From the NCBI GenBank assembly GCA_024346625.1, contig AP024666.1, positions 248,001-312,000 on the forward strand: a DNA stretch of 64,000 bases. Direction: 5' to 3'. The notes beneath the pieces are model-generated. The model ran no database searches, had not been told where the DNA came from, and was given only the letters and a program-made list of their open reading frames with translations. The DNA comes from Williopsis jadinii. Lineage: Eukaryota. This document shows, piece by piece, positions 9,564-20,388 of the stretch (the stretch's first letter is position 1; each line of letters starts with the position of its first letter). A program made the translations under genes and the position numbers.

Positions 9564-10333
9564 AGTGAGTTTGAATACTTGCTCTAGAGAGAGTAACCTG
9601 TGATTGGGATGATTGTTCTTGGTGGAGAAGAATGTACAAGGTTCTTGGTGGAGCGAGCGATGGTTATATGACCAATTTGAGTGTTCCCTTGAAGCTTTGG
9701 TATAAGATCTTCTGGAGGAGAGACATGGTTCAAGGGTTCTGTAGAGCTTCAGTGGTGCGACATATGGCTATAATAATGTGATGGACGGGATAATTGGCCA
9801 CTCTGCTTATATGGGCTGGCCAAGTATGGAGTATTCTTTGTGAGAAGTGAGATCTGGAGATCTACGTATTGAGACACCAGTTCTTCCCCTATGAAGCGAC
9901 AGTGGAAGGCGAAATGAGAGATGACCATGCGATAGGACAATCACTTAATCCCAGAGGGCACCTCTTCTCAGGGTATCTGGCGGAACATCTACTAACATCT
10001 GCAATAGTGTCTAAGTACTTGGCTGCTTACTTGCTTTTGAACGCTTCTGGTGCCGCTCCAACCGCCGACAAGATCACCTCCGTCTTGGAGTCTGTCGGTA
10101 TTGAGGTTGAGGAGTCCCAAGTCACCGAGTTGATCTCTGCCCTTGAGGGTAAGTCCGTTGAGGAGCTCATTGCTGAAGGTAACGAGAAGTTGGCTTCTGT
10201 TCCAACCGGTGGTGCTGGTGCTGCTCCAGCTGCCGGTGCCGGTGCTGCTGATGCTGATGCTCCAGCTGAGGCTGCTGAGGAGGCTGCTGAGGAGGAGTCT
10301 GACGATGACATGGGTTTCGGTTTGTTCGACTAA
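9564..10333 (+). CDS. RPP2: 60S acidic ribosomal protein P2; start codon split A|TG by intron 9565-10007
   Basis: A|GTGAGT...TACTAAC...TAG|TGTCTAAG gives [11 protein letters not shown]...[13 protein letters not shown]. Confidence 0.92.
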
Positions 10334-10545
10334 ACGGTGTACAACAAGATGATTCAAAAAACAACATAATGTGTCTTATACGAGAGCAAAGCAATGTAGG
10401 TCGTTAGATGCGTAGGACGTGCGACAGAGAGCACCGCACGTAGAGCGGAGTGCGCTACAAACAGCTGAATCTCCAACTGTACACCTTTATATGAGGCTAT
10501 CTAATTGAGTATCAATAGATGAGGCCATATGGTTTCTTGTGCTTC

Positions 10546-10603
10546 CCCGCGCTCATAACCATTTCCTCCCGCGCTCATAACCACTCTCCCCGCGCTCATA
10601 ACC
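10546..10603. repeat. Three direct copies of CCCGCGCTCATAACC, period 21-22 bp
   Basis: Copies start at 10546, 10568 and 10589. Confidence 0.9.
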
Positions 10604-10850
10604 TTCCCCGTTTAGGCTCGTCCATGGCCGTGCGCCTAAAAGGCCCTGTCCACCTTGCCCTCCCAGGCAAAGACAGCGATGAAGTGATGGGTCCAGTCGC
10701 CACCGCCAAACAGCGGAGCCCAACAGCCTGGAAAGACGCGCCACAGTTTGCCCTCCAGAGCATCGTCATAGGCCTATTCAATGCCAATTGTTCGTCGTAA
10801 AGAAGGGGTTTGACAGACAGCGTCCAATGCTCATGAGCAAAGTGTCGTAA

Positions 10851-10857
10851 TCACGTG
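10851..10857. promoter_or_regulatory. Cbf1-type E-box TCACGTG upstream of CYS3
   Basis: Exact motif about 270 bp upstream of a sulfur-pathway gene. Confidence 0.6.
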
Positions 10858-11126
10858 CTTGTTTTGTGTCAATTGCCTCACCACCTTCCCACCCAGGGCA
10901 CTTGCACAGGATTATTCGACATGGAGGTGGTTACGCGTACGGATACGCGAGTGCGCACGCCATAGTGTGTGATTTGGGTTAATTTTCTCTCCCGCTCGAG
11001 AAGCGATGGGGGATTGAACAGCTATAAAGTCGGTGTTTGAACCTGCTTTTTTCGTTTCCATCCTTCTTCCTGCCACGGAGACTTCACCAAGTTGTAGATC
11101 TATCTACTCAGCTATTACTATTCACG

Positions 11127-12302
11127 ATGTCATCTTACGGATTTTCCACCAGAGCTGTCCATGTGGGCTCCTCACCAGACCCAGTCACCGGTGCTGTGAT
11201 TCCAGCGATCTCGCTCTCAACCACTTTTGCACAATCCGAGCCAGCAAAGCCAATTGGTGCCTACGAGTACTCCAGATCGTCTAACCCAAACAGACACAAC
11301 CTGGAGACTGCGCTTGCCTCGTTGGAACAGGGTAAGTATGGGTTGGCGTTCTCCTCCGGCTCAGCTGTCACTGCAGTGATCTTGCAATCTTTGGCGCAAG
11401 GCTCACATGCCATCTCCGTTGCCGATGTCTACGGTGGTACCCACAGATACTTTACCAAAGTTGCCAACACCCATGGTGTCGAAACTTCTTTTGCTCAAGA
11501 CATCGTTGCCGAGTTGGCTGGTTTGATCAAACCAGAGACACGCTTGGTGTGGATTGAAACCCCATCCAACCCAACTCTCTCAATTACCGATATCTCTAAA
11601 GTGAGAGAAATAATAGATGCCTCTGATAACAAGAACATCGTCCTTGTCGTTGACAACACATTCCTTTCTCCATACATTTCCAACCCATTGACTCACGGCG
11701 CCGATGTTGTCATTCACAGTGCCACGAAGTTCATCAACGGGCACTCCGATGTCGTTCTCGGTATCGCTGTTACAAACAACGAATCCATCTACGAAAGATT
11801 GTCTTTCTTGCAAAACGCTGTTGGTGCAGTGCCATCTCCATTCGACTCGTGGTTGGCACACCGTGGTGTCAAGACCTTGGCCCTCAGAGTCAGAACCGCA
11901 GCTGAAAGTGCGTTGAAGATTGCCCAATTCTTGGAGAAGAGCGACAAGGTGCAGGCTGTTAACTACCCAGGTTTGTCCACCCACGCAGGCTACGATGTTG
12001 TCAAGAAGCAGCACAGAGATGCCCTCGGTGGTGGTGTTGTATCCTTCAGAGTGAAGGGAGGCGCAGAGGCTGCTGCTAAGTTCACATCCTCCACCAAGCT
12101 GTTCACATTAGCCGAATCCCTTGGTGGTATCGAGTCCCTTTTGGAGGTGCCAGCTGTCATGACCCACGCAGGTATTCCAAAGGAAGCTAGAGAAAAGTCT
12201 GGTGTCTATGACAACTTGGTTAGACTCTCCATCGGTATTGAGGAAGTTGAAGATCTCATTGAGGACATCAAGCAGGCTCTTGAGGCTGCCACAGCAAACT
12301 AG
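11127..12302 (+). CDS. CYS3: Cystathionine gamma-lyase
   Basis: YEYSRSSNPNR, WIETPSNP, VVDNTF, PLP-lysine motif HSATKFINGHSDV, LAESLGGIESL; ATG at 11127. Confidence 0.96.
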   Translation: MSSYGFSTRAVHVGSSPDPVTGAVIPAISLSTTFAQSEPAKPIGAYEYSRSSNPNRHNLETALASLEQGKYGLAFSSGSAVTAVILQSLAQGSHAISVADVYGGTHRYFTKVANTHGVETSFAQDIVAELAGLIKPETRLVWIETPSNPTLSITDISKVREIIDASDNKNIVLVVDNTFLSPYISNPLTHGADVVIHSATKFINGHSDVVLGIAVTNNESIYERLSFLQNAVGAVPSPFDSWLAHRGVKTLALRVRTAAESALKIAQFLEKSDKVQAVNYPGLSTHAGYDVVKKQHRDALGGGVVSFRVKGGAEAAAKFTSSTKLFTLAESLGGIESLLEVPAVMTHAGIPKEAREKSGVYDNLVRLSIGIEEVEDLIEDIKQALEAATAN

Positions 12303-12522
12303 ACCGTTCAGCTGGGGCTTTCTTCTTTCTTTCCAGTGATACGTACATTTTACATAGACTAAATGTGACAAAGTGACGCTCAAATAATACATAAATAATC
12401 AGTTACGATGGTTACGATGTATACACGAGCCTATCACAGCACGCTCATCTCATCGTTAATAAGCACAGATCACCGGGGAAACAGCACGTATAGCAAAGGC
12501 TAAAAAAAGTGGAATAGCTGAC

Positions 12523-12650
12523 GCCACAATTGTACCGCGCCACATTTGAACCGCCTAAAAATGCAGCTTTTTATGAGGTATCGCACTTTTCAAGCCACAA
12601 TTTGTGGCGAAGATTATATGGCGAGTGAAAAGTGTATGTATCCTCACGTG
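12523..12650. promoter_or_regulatory. Sulfur-regulon promoter of MET14: several Met31/32-like GCCACA(A/T)TT sites plus Cbf1 TCACGTG
   Basis: gccacaatt ~12523, gccacattt ~12539, gccacaatttgtggc ~12594-12609, tcacgtg 12644-12650. Confidence 0.7.
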
Positions 12651-12815
12651 AAATCCTGTCAACATCAACCACTGTGAGCCTTTTCTTGTTTTACCCGTCG
12701 AAATCAGTTGGAAGGTTGAACAATTGGAAAAAAGTTTTGATTTTCCTGTGTTGACATTTGCTGTTCACTGGAAGAGCTTGTTCAGACCGATACTCCGTTT
12801 AGAATAAGTGCAACA

Positions 12816-13504
12816 ATGGCTACTAACATTACATGGCATCCAAACTTGACCCACGATGAGCGTAAAGAGCTCACGAAGCAGTCTGGTGTTACTATTTGGC
12901 TCACTGGGTTGTCTGCATCTGGTAAGAGGTGAGTATTCTGTTGTTTGTCCATCTTTTGGCACTCTTTTCCCTTTTCATTTTGAAGCTTTCAGCATATGCT
13001 AACTATGCCATTTCAACCAGTACCATTGCATGTGCCCTTGAGCAGTACCTCTTGAAGAATGGTGTTTCCGCTTACCGTCTGGACGGTGACAACATCCGTT
13101 TTGGTTTGAACAAAGATTTGGGATTCACTGAGGCTGATAGAAACGAAAACATCCGTCGTATCTCGGAGGTGTCCAAGTTGTTTGCCGACTCCACCGCTGT
13201 TGCAATCACTTCGTTCATTTCCCCATACAAGGCTGATAGAGACAGTGCTAGAAAGTTGCACGAGGAGTCCAACTTGCCATTTGTTGAGGTGTACGTCGAT
13301 GTTCCACTTGAAATTGCCGAACAGAGAGACCCAAAGGGACTGTACAAGAAGGCCAGACAAGGCATCATCAAGGACTTCACTGGTATCTCTGCTCCATATG
13401 AGGCTCCAGAGAAGCCAGAGATCCACTTGCACACTGATAAGACCACCGTTGAGGAAAGTGCAAACATCATTGTTGAATACTTGAAGTCCAAAAAGTACAT
13501 TTGA
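12816..13504 (+). CDS. MET14: Adenylyl-sulfate kinase; exon 1 12816-12928, intron 12929-13020, exon 2 13021-13504
   Basis: [11 protein letters not shown]...[26 protein letters not shown]...TGCTAAC...[22 protein letters not shown]. Confidence 0.96.
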
Positions 13505-13587
13505 TTTTTAATTTAATGGCATTAATATACAGATAAACATTCAAAGTTAGGGGGAAAGAGACAGAACCATCAGAAGTACATATCAAC

Positions 13588-14259
13588 TCAACCTCTTTTC
13601 AAACTGTTTAATCTTGCCTGTAAATCGTCATCTTCATCACCTCCTCCGATGGCCTGTGCAACTCTTTCCTTCTTATTCTCTTGTGACACCAATCCCTGTG
13701 GGGTTTCTTGCATCTGTGCATTCAAATCAACACCGATTTCATCCAATACCTTACTGACGATTTCGTCAGCCTCTTCGTCATCCTCTAATTCGTCACCAAT
13801 GGCGTCGTCAATGGCATCGTCCATCATCTCCTGTCTCTGGTCCATTATATCGTTTTCCCTTTCGAAATCCATGGCGATTTTTTGCAATTGAGGCAAGTTC
13901 ATAGATCTATTCATCGTTCCAAGCAATCTTGTAGCGTCTCGCATACTCATGGCCATTTGGTCAGAACTTCTAACCGCTTGAATTCTGAGAGAAATGGCCT
14001 GTAGCGATGTCTTCATGGTGTTGAACTTATCAATGTACCTTCTAGTTCTCACAAGATCCTTCGCCTGGATCTTGCACGCACCCATCTGTCCCTGTTTCGC
14101 ACTCTTCTTGATATCCTGGATGAGCTTCTTCTCTTGAGACTCCAGTTTCTTACGCTCACGCTCCAACTCACGTTGCGTACGATCAAGGGCCCTTTGGTTC
14201 TTCCTCAACCGTTCCTGAGGAGTCATCCTTTTGCCAAACGCCCATTCAAACACTTGCAT
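13588..14259 (-). CDS. DID4: ESCRT-III subunit Did4/Vps2
   Basis: MQVFEWAFGKRMTPQERLRKNQRAL, AKDLVRTRRY, C-terminal MIM DDLQARLNSLKR; ATG at 14259. Confidence 0.95.
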   Translation of the reverse strand: MQVFEWAFGKRMTPQERLRKNQRALDRTQRELERERKKLESQEKKLIQDIKKSAKQGQMGACKIQAKDLVRTRRYIDKFNTMKTSLQAISLRIQAVRSSDQMAMSMRDATRLLGTMNRSMNLPQLQKIAMDFERENDIMDQRQEMMDDAIDDAIGDELEDDEEADEIVSKVLDEIGVDLNAQMQETPQGLVSQENKKERVAQAIGGGDEDDDLQARLNSLKRG

Positions 14260-14605
14260 CGTATCAGTCCCGTGTACGTTACAGATGCAATAGTGTATAT
14301 GTCCAGCAAAGATGGCCTCAACAAACTTGTATTCCATGTCTATGGAGAGGCCCTTTATCAAATTTACGCCCTCACCCTTTTTGGTGTCTGGGTGTTGCGA
14401 TGTAAAACACCCAAACACCACAGTTTCCGCGAAGTCGTTTTATGTTTCGTTTCGCCATTCCGAGGTGTTTGTGCGTGTGTGTGTGGCAGCGGGTTTGGCC
14501 GTATACAACATCGCATTGTAACGTTATCGGGGTTGGAGCGTGCTGTGTTGTCTGTCAATCTTGTGAGCAGAGAGTGTCGGGTTCGTGCTAATTACCTGGT
14601 GTGAA

Positions 14606-15487
14606 ATGTCAAAGCTATCATCTTTCAGGCTGCTGGAGTCGTACCTTGAGGATTTGTCCGTATTGGTTGATGAGTCCAAGAGGCTGGTGGAGTTGGACTT
14701 ATCGTACGAACACAACAACCATGAAGTTAGGAAGAGCTTACAAAAGATTGTGAAGTTTCTAGAGAGACACGACGATGGGTATGTATACGTTTCTGTATAT
14801 AGCTGTGCATGTGGCTATATGGAGTGTGGGTTGACCATTGGGGTGCCGAATTGACTAACATGATTGTACAGTGAGGATTATGATGAGCTCGTTGAACAGT
14901 TTAACAAGCTGAGGGATTCCATACAAACCATAGATACATCACCTTACAGATATGTGCGTAAAGCTCAGGTGCCAAAGAAAGTTGAAGCGAAGAAGTCTGT
15001 GAGGTTCAACGAGAACTTGGAGTTCGAAGCTGCACAGGACTCCACACCAAGGCATTTCAAGCCTTATAGAGACAGTGTGATACAAGAGCCAGATAAGGAC
15101 CAGACACAGGCTTTATTTGAAGGCCGTTCCGATGTTGATGCAAATGTTAGCGGTGTCGATGACGATGTGCAAAGCGTAGAATCCACAAATCAGGACATGT
15201 TTATACAGCACCAGCAACAGCTATTGGAACAGGATACACATCTGGATTCATTGGCCGAGAGCGTTAGAAGACAACACGGCTTATCCGTGGAGATCAATGA
15301 TGAACTAGAAGGGCAACACATTCTATTGGATGATCTTGAGGCACAGCTTGACTCAAGTGATAGACGGTTGAACCAGGGCCATAGAAGATTGAAACACTTT
15401 ACCCGTAAGGCAAAGGAGCATGGCCAATGGATAACGATCATTGTACTGATTATCATTCTAGTGCTGTTATTGGTCGTCCTTAAATGA
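14606..15487 (+). CDS. SYN8: Endosomal SNARE Syn8; exon 1 14606-14778, intron 14779-14871, exon 2 14872-15487
   Basis: GG|GTATGT...GACTAAC...CAG|T joins two ORFs in frame; KKSVRF, SNARE motif QQLLEQDTHLDSLAESV, C-terminal TM. Confidence 0.9.
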
Positions 15488-16040
15488 ACATTGGGTTGTG
15501 ACATGTAAATGTTAGAGCAGTGTCTGTATACTACTTACATGGTAATACGCTCGTGCACGTCTTTTATGAAATATATATTATGATTATTACAACTAACATG
15601 ATCTATGGTGCCGACCTGTAATCGTATACATATTTGTATAGAATGAGAGACCATATATAGTAGCTGGTTATGATAGATGTGAAATAATATACATGGAACG
15701 ATCGTTCCATGTTGAAACAAAGCAAAACTCATGCAAAACAACGTGGATGGAGATAGTTTTTCTATATAAGTGGACTCATTGATACACTGTGCACCCCGTG
15801 TACCATTAAATTATTGAACATATAACGACGATGATGATGATAAACTTAGTAATAAAAAATAGAAGCATGCCCTTTAATGTTTCCTTGTCCTCTCAATTGT
15901 ATAATATGCTGTCATGATGTTGATAATAGAAAGGCGACGATTGCCAAAAGGGAGAAATGGACGTAAAGAAAGAAAACAGGACCGAAACAAAGAAGCGAAC
16001 CAATAGAAATGCAATAAACCAAATGTAACAATGCTCAAAT

Positions 16041-16703
16041 TTACCAAGCTGAGTGGTAGTAGTTAGGGTTGGAGTTATAATTACCGGTGTTTTCCACTCT
16101 TCTGATGATCCCCTGCGGAGACTTGTGGTAAACCGGGGTCTGGCTTGGAGAGCCAATCACCCTGGGAGATAGGTACCCGGATGGCGATTGTTGGTGCTGA
16201 TGGGACAGCGATTGTTGTGACATCCTGTTCATCTTCACAGGAGTGGAATATGGGGACATTGGGCGGACGGGGCCACCGTTCAACATGGCGAGGAGCCCGT
16301 TACCCAAGCTGGCGCCGTTAGCAGCGTTTGCGCGCTTACCGTAGAAGCCAGCAGAGCCGCCGCCAAAACCACCTTGTACCGTGGATGGTGACGTTGGACA
16401 GAACTCGTACTCTTCCTCCATCAGCAAGGACTTTCTCTGAGAGATGCTGGCCCTCGCCACCTGGGCCTCGCTCAGCTTCTGCTGCTGTGGAGCGTTCCCA
16501 CCAGCGATACTACCAGAGCTGCTGTTATTCATCTGCGAGGCATTCAATGGCTGGAGGTGTGATCTGTATTTCAAGTTTAGAGACCGCTGTTGATCTTGTG
16601 ATCTCTGAGACTTTGACTGAGCAGAGATGAACTGCTCGAACGTTTGGTGCTGCTGGTGCTGATGCTGGTGCTGCTGATGCTGCTGATGTTGATGTGAATT
16701 CAT
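16041..16703 (-). CDS. Uncharacterised Q/H/S/P-rich disordered protein (~220 aa)
   Basis: Open ORF from ATG at 16703 with N-terminal poly-Q/H, many SP/TP sites and one motif-like island (SLLMEEEYEFCP). Confidence 0.7.
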   Translation of the reverse strand: MNSHQHQQHQQHQHQHQQHQTFEQFISAQSKSQRSQDQQRSLNLKYRSHLQPLNASQMNNSSSGSIAGGNAPQQQKLSEAQVARASISQRKSLLMEEEYEFCPTSPSTVQGGFGGGSAGFYGKRANAANGASLGNGLLAMLNGGPVRPMSPYSTPVKMNRMSQQSLSHQHQQSPSGYLSPRVIGSPSQTPVYHKSPQGIIRRVENTGNYNSNPNYYHSAW

Positions 16704-16972
16704 CTCTTCAACCTCTAAAACCACCAGGTTATCCTCCCTGAAACAGCCGATGAGCCCTCTCTCAGCTTGGTTTGTGGCTCTGTTGAAATCAAATTTTCAA
16801 CCTCGAGAAGCCCAAACAGAAGGAAAAAAATGAAGTCTGCCGCCGGCAGCGCATCGCTTGTGCAGCGCTTAGCAGCTTGGGGACACAAAGATGAAAAACG
16901 TCCACGCAGAGCATCAACATCTCTCCGAAAGAAGCCCAGCGTGTGCCATTGATAACACAACACAGGGGCGGT

Positions 16973-18562
16973 ATGACGACGCTGTTGAAGAGGTTTTCCA
17001 GCTCGCTGCTCAAGCCCAAGAAGCAGCTGAAGCTCAAGACAAAGAAGCACAGCTCTCATCAACGTGTTGATGGAGTTGTGGGCGGCGCGAGCCAGCCAGC
17101 ACGGACCAGATTTGCACCATCTCCCACTGGGTTTCTACACCTGGGGTCGCTTAGAACAGCCCTGTACAACTACCTTCTCGCTAAGAACACAGGAGGCCAG
17201 TTTCTACTGAGACTGGAGGACACTGACCAGAAGCGCCTGGTGCCGGAAGCCGAGCAGTCTCTGTACGATTCCTTGAAATGGTGTGGGCTTCAGTGGGACG
17301 AAGGTCCTCTTATCGGCGGTCCCATGGAGCCTTATAGACAGAGTGACCGTACAGAGATCTACAAGAGCCATATTGGACAGCTGCTAGAGTCTGGACACGC
17401 ATACCGTTGTTTTTGCTCGAAGGAGAGGTTGAACAAGTTAAGAGAGTCTGCTCAGAAGCTACAGCCCCCGACAACGGTGTCGTACGATAGGTTCTGCTCA
17501 CACATCTCGAGGGAAGAATCAGATAGAAGAGCACAGAGCGAAGAGTTCACCATACGGTTCAAGTCGCCCGAGAGGTACCCTCCTTTCACTGACTTGCTTC
17601 ACGGCAAGATTGACCTACAGCCACAGGTGAACAAAGATGACGTTAGATACGATGATCCTGTGCTGGTGAAGTCCGATGGCCTACCAACGTACCATTTCGC
17701 CAACGTTGTTGACGACCACCACATGAAGATCACACACGTGATCCGTGGTGAGGAATGGCTGCCTTCTACTCCAAAGCACATTGCAATGTATAAGGCTTTT
17801 GGCTGGGAAGCTCCAAAGGTCATACATATCCCGTTGTTGACTACTGCTGGAGACAAGAAGTTGAGTAAAAGATCTGGTGATACAGACATCAGAAGCTATA
17901 AAGCCAGAGGCATATTGCCAGAGGCATTGGTGAACTTTGTTGCTCTTTTCGGCTGGTCACCCCGCTCACACAATGGAAACGAATCTCATTCTGAGATCCA
18001 TTCGTTGAGCCAACTCTCAGATATGTTTAACGTTGATGATCTGACTAGGGGTAACGCCAAAGTTGACGATAAAAAGCTCATGTTCTTTAACAAACACTAC
18101 TTGGAGAAGAGAATTAACAGAGATGATCAAGAAGTATTACAGAGTGCACACGAGTTTCTCAAACCATATGGAGCATCTTTTGAGACCTCAACAAAGATAG
18201 CCAAATTGGTTGTGCATAATTTACACACTATAAACGAAATTGTAAACTATTCATACTTGATTAAAGAGTGTGACTTACAGAGTGAAACTGCCCAAAGATA
18301 TATCAAATCAACAGATTTGAGCCAGCTGAAAAAGATCTTGACGGAATTCCAATCGACAACTGAGTTGACAAAGGAATTGGGCAGCGTTGAAGACAGCTTA
18401 CAATCTCAAGGATTAAAGAAGAGTGAAATTTTCAAGGCCTTGAGATTTGGACTTATAGGAAGTGTTCCAGGTCTAAAGATCCCATTGCTCGTCAATTGGT
18501 TTGGCGATGAAGAGTGCCACAAGAGGTTGCAAAAGGCTATTGAACTCGTTGGTTCCATGTAA
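16973..18562 (+). CDS. MSE1: Mitochondrial glutamyl-tRNA synthetase
   Basis: RTRFAPSPTGFLHLGSLRTALYN, HVIRGEEW, KLSKR; basic N-terminal presequence from ATG at 16973. Confidence 0.95.
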   Translation: MTTLLKRFSSSLLKPKKQLKLKTKKHSSHQRVDGVVGGASQPARTRFAPSPTGFLHLGSLRTALYNYLLAKNTGGQFLLRLEDTDQKRLVPEAEQSLYDSLKWCGLQWDEGPLIGGPMEPYRQSDRTEIYKSHIGQLLESGHAYRCFCSKERLNKLRESAQKLQPPTTVSYDRFCSHISREESDRRAQSEEFTIRFKSPERYPPFTDLLHGKIDLQPQVNKDDVRYDDPVLVKSDGLPTYHFANVVDDHHMKITHVIRGEEWLPSTPKHIAMYKAFGWEAPKVIHIPLLTTAGDKKLSKRSGDTDIRSYKARGILPEALVNFVALFGWSPRSHNGNESHSEIHSLSQLSDMFNVDDLTRGNAKVDDKKLMFFNKHYLEKRINRDDQEVLQSAHEFLKPYGASFETSTKIAKLVVHNLHTINEIVNYSYLIKECDLQSETAQRYIKSTDLSQLKKILTEFQSTTELTKELGSVEDSLQSQGLKKSEIFKALRFGLIGSVPGLKIPLLVNWFGDEECHKRLQKAIELVGSM

Positions 18563-18677
18563 ATATCTCACGCATATATGCTGTAAATAGGATTATTAGC
18601 TAGACACCACTTACTTCTAGAAATATACATTACATTTGACTTGAGAATATTATTACAATTACGATTAATTACTAGTA

Positions 18678-19628
18678 TTAAAGTATAACACATTTTTTGC
18701 CCTTTGACCTCAACCCCTTCTTCTTACCACGTGATCCAGAGGCCGATGTCGTCGTTGTTGTCTTGGAGCTATATTCGTTATACATTTGACTGTCGTGATC
18801 TCGAGACTTGAATGTTTGTCTAAAATTATCCTTCATTCTCTTGAACCCAAACCTGAACTGTGGAGGTTGTTCAATGTCATTCTGTGAGATTGCCAATGCA
18901 GTGTTGAACACCTTTCTTATATTCTTAGTGGTCTTTGCAGAGCATCTGAGATGCTTCACAGCACCAATTTCTTTCGCTAGGGCTTCAGCTTCTTCAAAAT
19001 CAACCTCCTCTGAAGAATTGCCTAAGAGATCGAGCTTTGTACCGACAAGAATGAAGGGAACATCCTCGCAGAACATCTTCACTTCTGGTGCCCATTTCTC
19101 CCTCACGTTTTGTAAACTGATCTTGTTATTCACAGAATAACAGATGATAACGACATTCGTATCAGGATAACTCAAAGGTCTTAGACGATCGTACTCTTCT
19201 TGACCTGCGGTGTCCCATAGCGAGAGCTCGACAACCTTGCCATGAGATCCTCGAACCTGGCTGATATAGTTCTCAAAGATCGTTGGAACGTACATCTCTG
19301 GAAATTCACCACGGGCATATGATATGAGCAAACATGTCTTACCACAGCCACCATCACCAACAACAACAAGCTTGACTTTATAATCGGACGACGCCTTAGT
19401 AGTGGAGGTCAGTGGCACGTAATCTATTATCTCATCCAGATCTAACTGAGGCTGGTGGTGCTCAAACTGTGGGGTCATGAATTGTGATTGCCTTTTCTTC
19501 GCAACGTCGTACGGTGTGTCAAAAGAGGAACTAACAACTCTGAAGTTGCCTGTATCTGAGTGCTTTGGAGGCACTGGAGGTGACCTCGTGCCATTTGAAC
19601 TTTGATAAGGTGAAGAGTAACCCGCCAT
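18678..19628 (-). CDS. RHO4: Rho-family GTPase Rho4
   Basis: GDGGCGKT, YVPTIFENY, LWDTAGQEEYDRLRPLSY, N-terminal extension, CAAX CVIL. Confidence 0.85.
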   Translation of the reverse strand: MAGYSSPYQSSNGTRSPPVPPKHSDTGNFRVVSSSFDTPYDVAKKRQSQFMTPQFEHHQPQLDLDEIIDYVPLTSTTKASSDYKVKLVVVGDGGCGKTCLLISYARGEFPEMYVPTIFENYISQVRGSHGKVVELSLWDTAGQEEYDRLRPLSYPDTNVVIICYSVNNKISLQNVREKWAPEVKMFCEDVPFILVGTKLDLLGNSSEEVDFEEAEALAKEIGAVKHLRCSAKTTKNIRKVFNTALAISQNDIEQPPQFRFGFKRMKDNFRQTFKSRDHDSQMYNEYSSKTTTTTSASGSRGKKKGLRSKGKKCVIL

Positions 19629-20388
19629 TATGAGCCAAATACCCAGCCAGTGTTATTTTATTCAAAAGCCCAACGCTATACAGCCCCTGATCTATTGGAT
19701 TATCAATATAGTACGCCAATACTTGGTATATCTTTTCAAAAGCAGATCATCGACATAGAAATGTCTTAAGCCTTGTTTTGTTTTGCTTTTTTTGTCCGGT
19801 CGTTATTTTTAACTTTGGCCTTGTTTACAAAATTTCACAGCCAGCCGTATTTGAAAATTTTAGCTTTTTGGACATCAACTCCGAACAGACACATTAACTC
19901 CGTAAAAGGACATTTCAGTTACATCATGCATTTTATTTAAGAATATTCAACATAATATGGGCCTTTCTAATGTTATTTCCATACAACAGAGTGGTTTATA
20001 CTTGGAATGCGGTCAATTCAACTACATGTCGTGAATGCGTGTGTAATGAATAGGGCTGTGACCCCTGTTGTAGCTGCTCTTCTCGCTTTTCCCGTGTTAT
20101 CTCAAACGAGTTGCAGGACAGATGAAGGCCGTTACAAGCACATGAGTGGACAATGTGATCGATAACGACTATGGTGTAGCAGTCAACCACCAACTACGGA
20201 GATTTGCCATTCGGATGAGCAACCATCCTATAGATCATGATACTTCGATGTATACATAAAGCGTCTCTTTGAATAAACATGTTCATCGTATGTACTTCAC
20301 ACTAGTTGTCGAACCATTTCATAACCAAGTGTACAATAGTGATCTCATTAAATCAACTGATAAAAAGGCGGGAAAGCAAATACAGTGG

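Noticed and set aside
8870..10007. Intron-encoded snoRNAs in the long RPS15 and RPP2 introns
   Set aside because: No convincing paired C/D or H/ACA boxes with an rRNA guide were found by eye
10546..10603. CRISPR-like array interpretation of the triple repeat
   Set aside because: Eukaryotic context, 15-bp repeats with 6-7-bp spacers, and no cas genes
12600..12780. Point centromere next to MET14 (CDEI-like TCACGTG; MET14 is centromere-linked in S. cerevisiae)
   Set aside because: No very AT-rich CDEII-like stretch follows; the motif is better explained as a Cbf1 site of the sulfur regulon
12821..12827. TACTAAC just after the MET14 ATG as a branch point
   Set aside because: It is the coding sequence of the conserved M-A-T-N N-terminus
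20187..20196. CCACCAACTA, complementary to 18S UAGUUGGUGG
   Set aside because: An isolated 10-mer without box elements; plausible by chance in 64 kb
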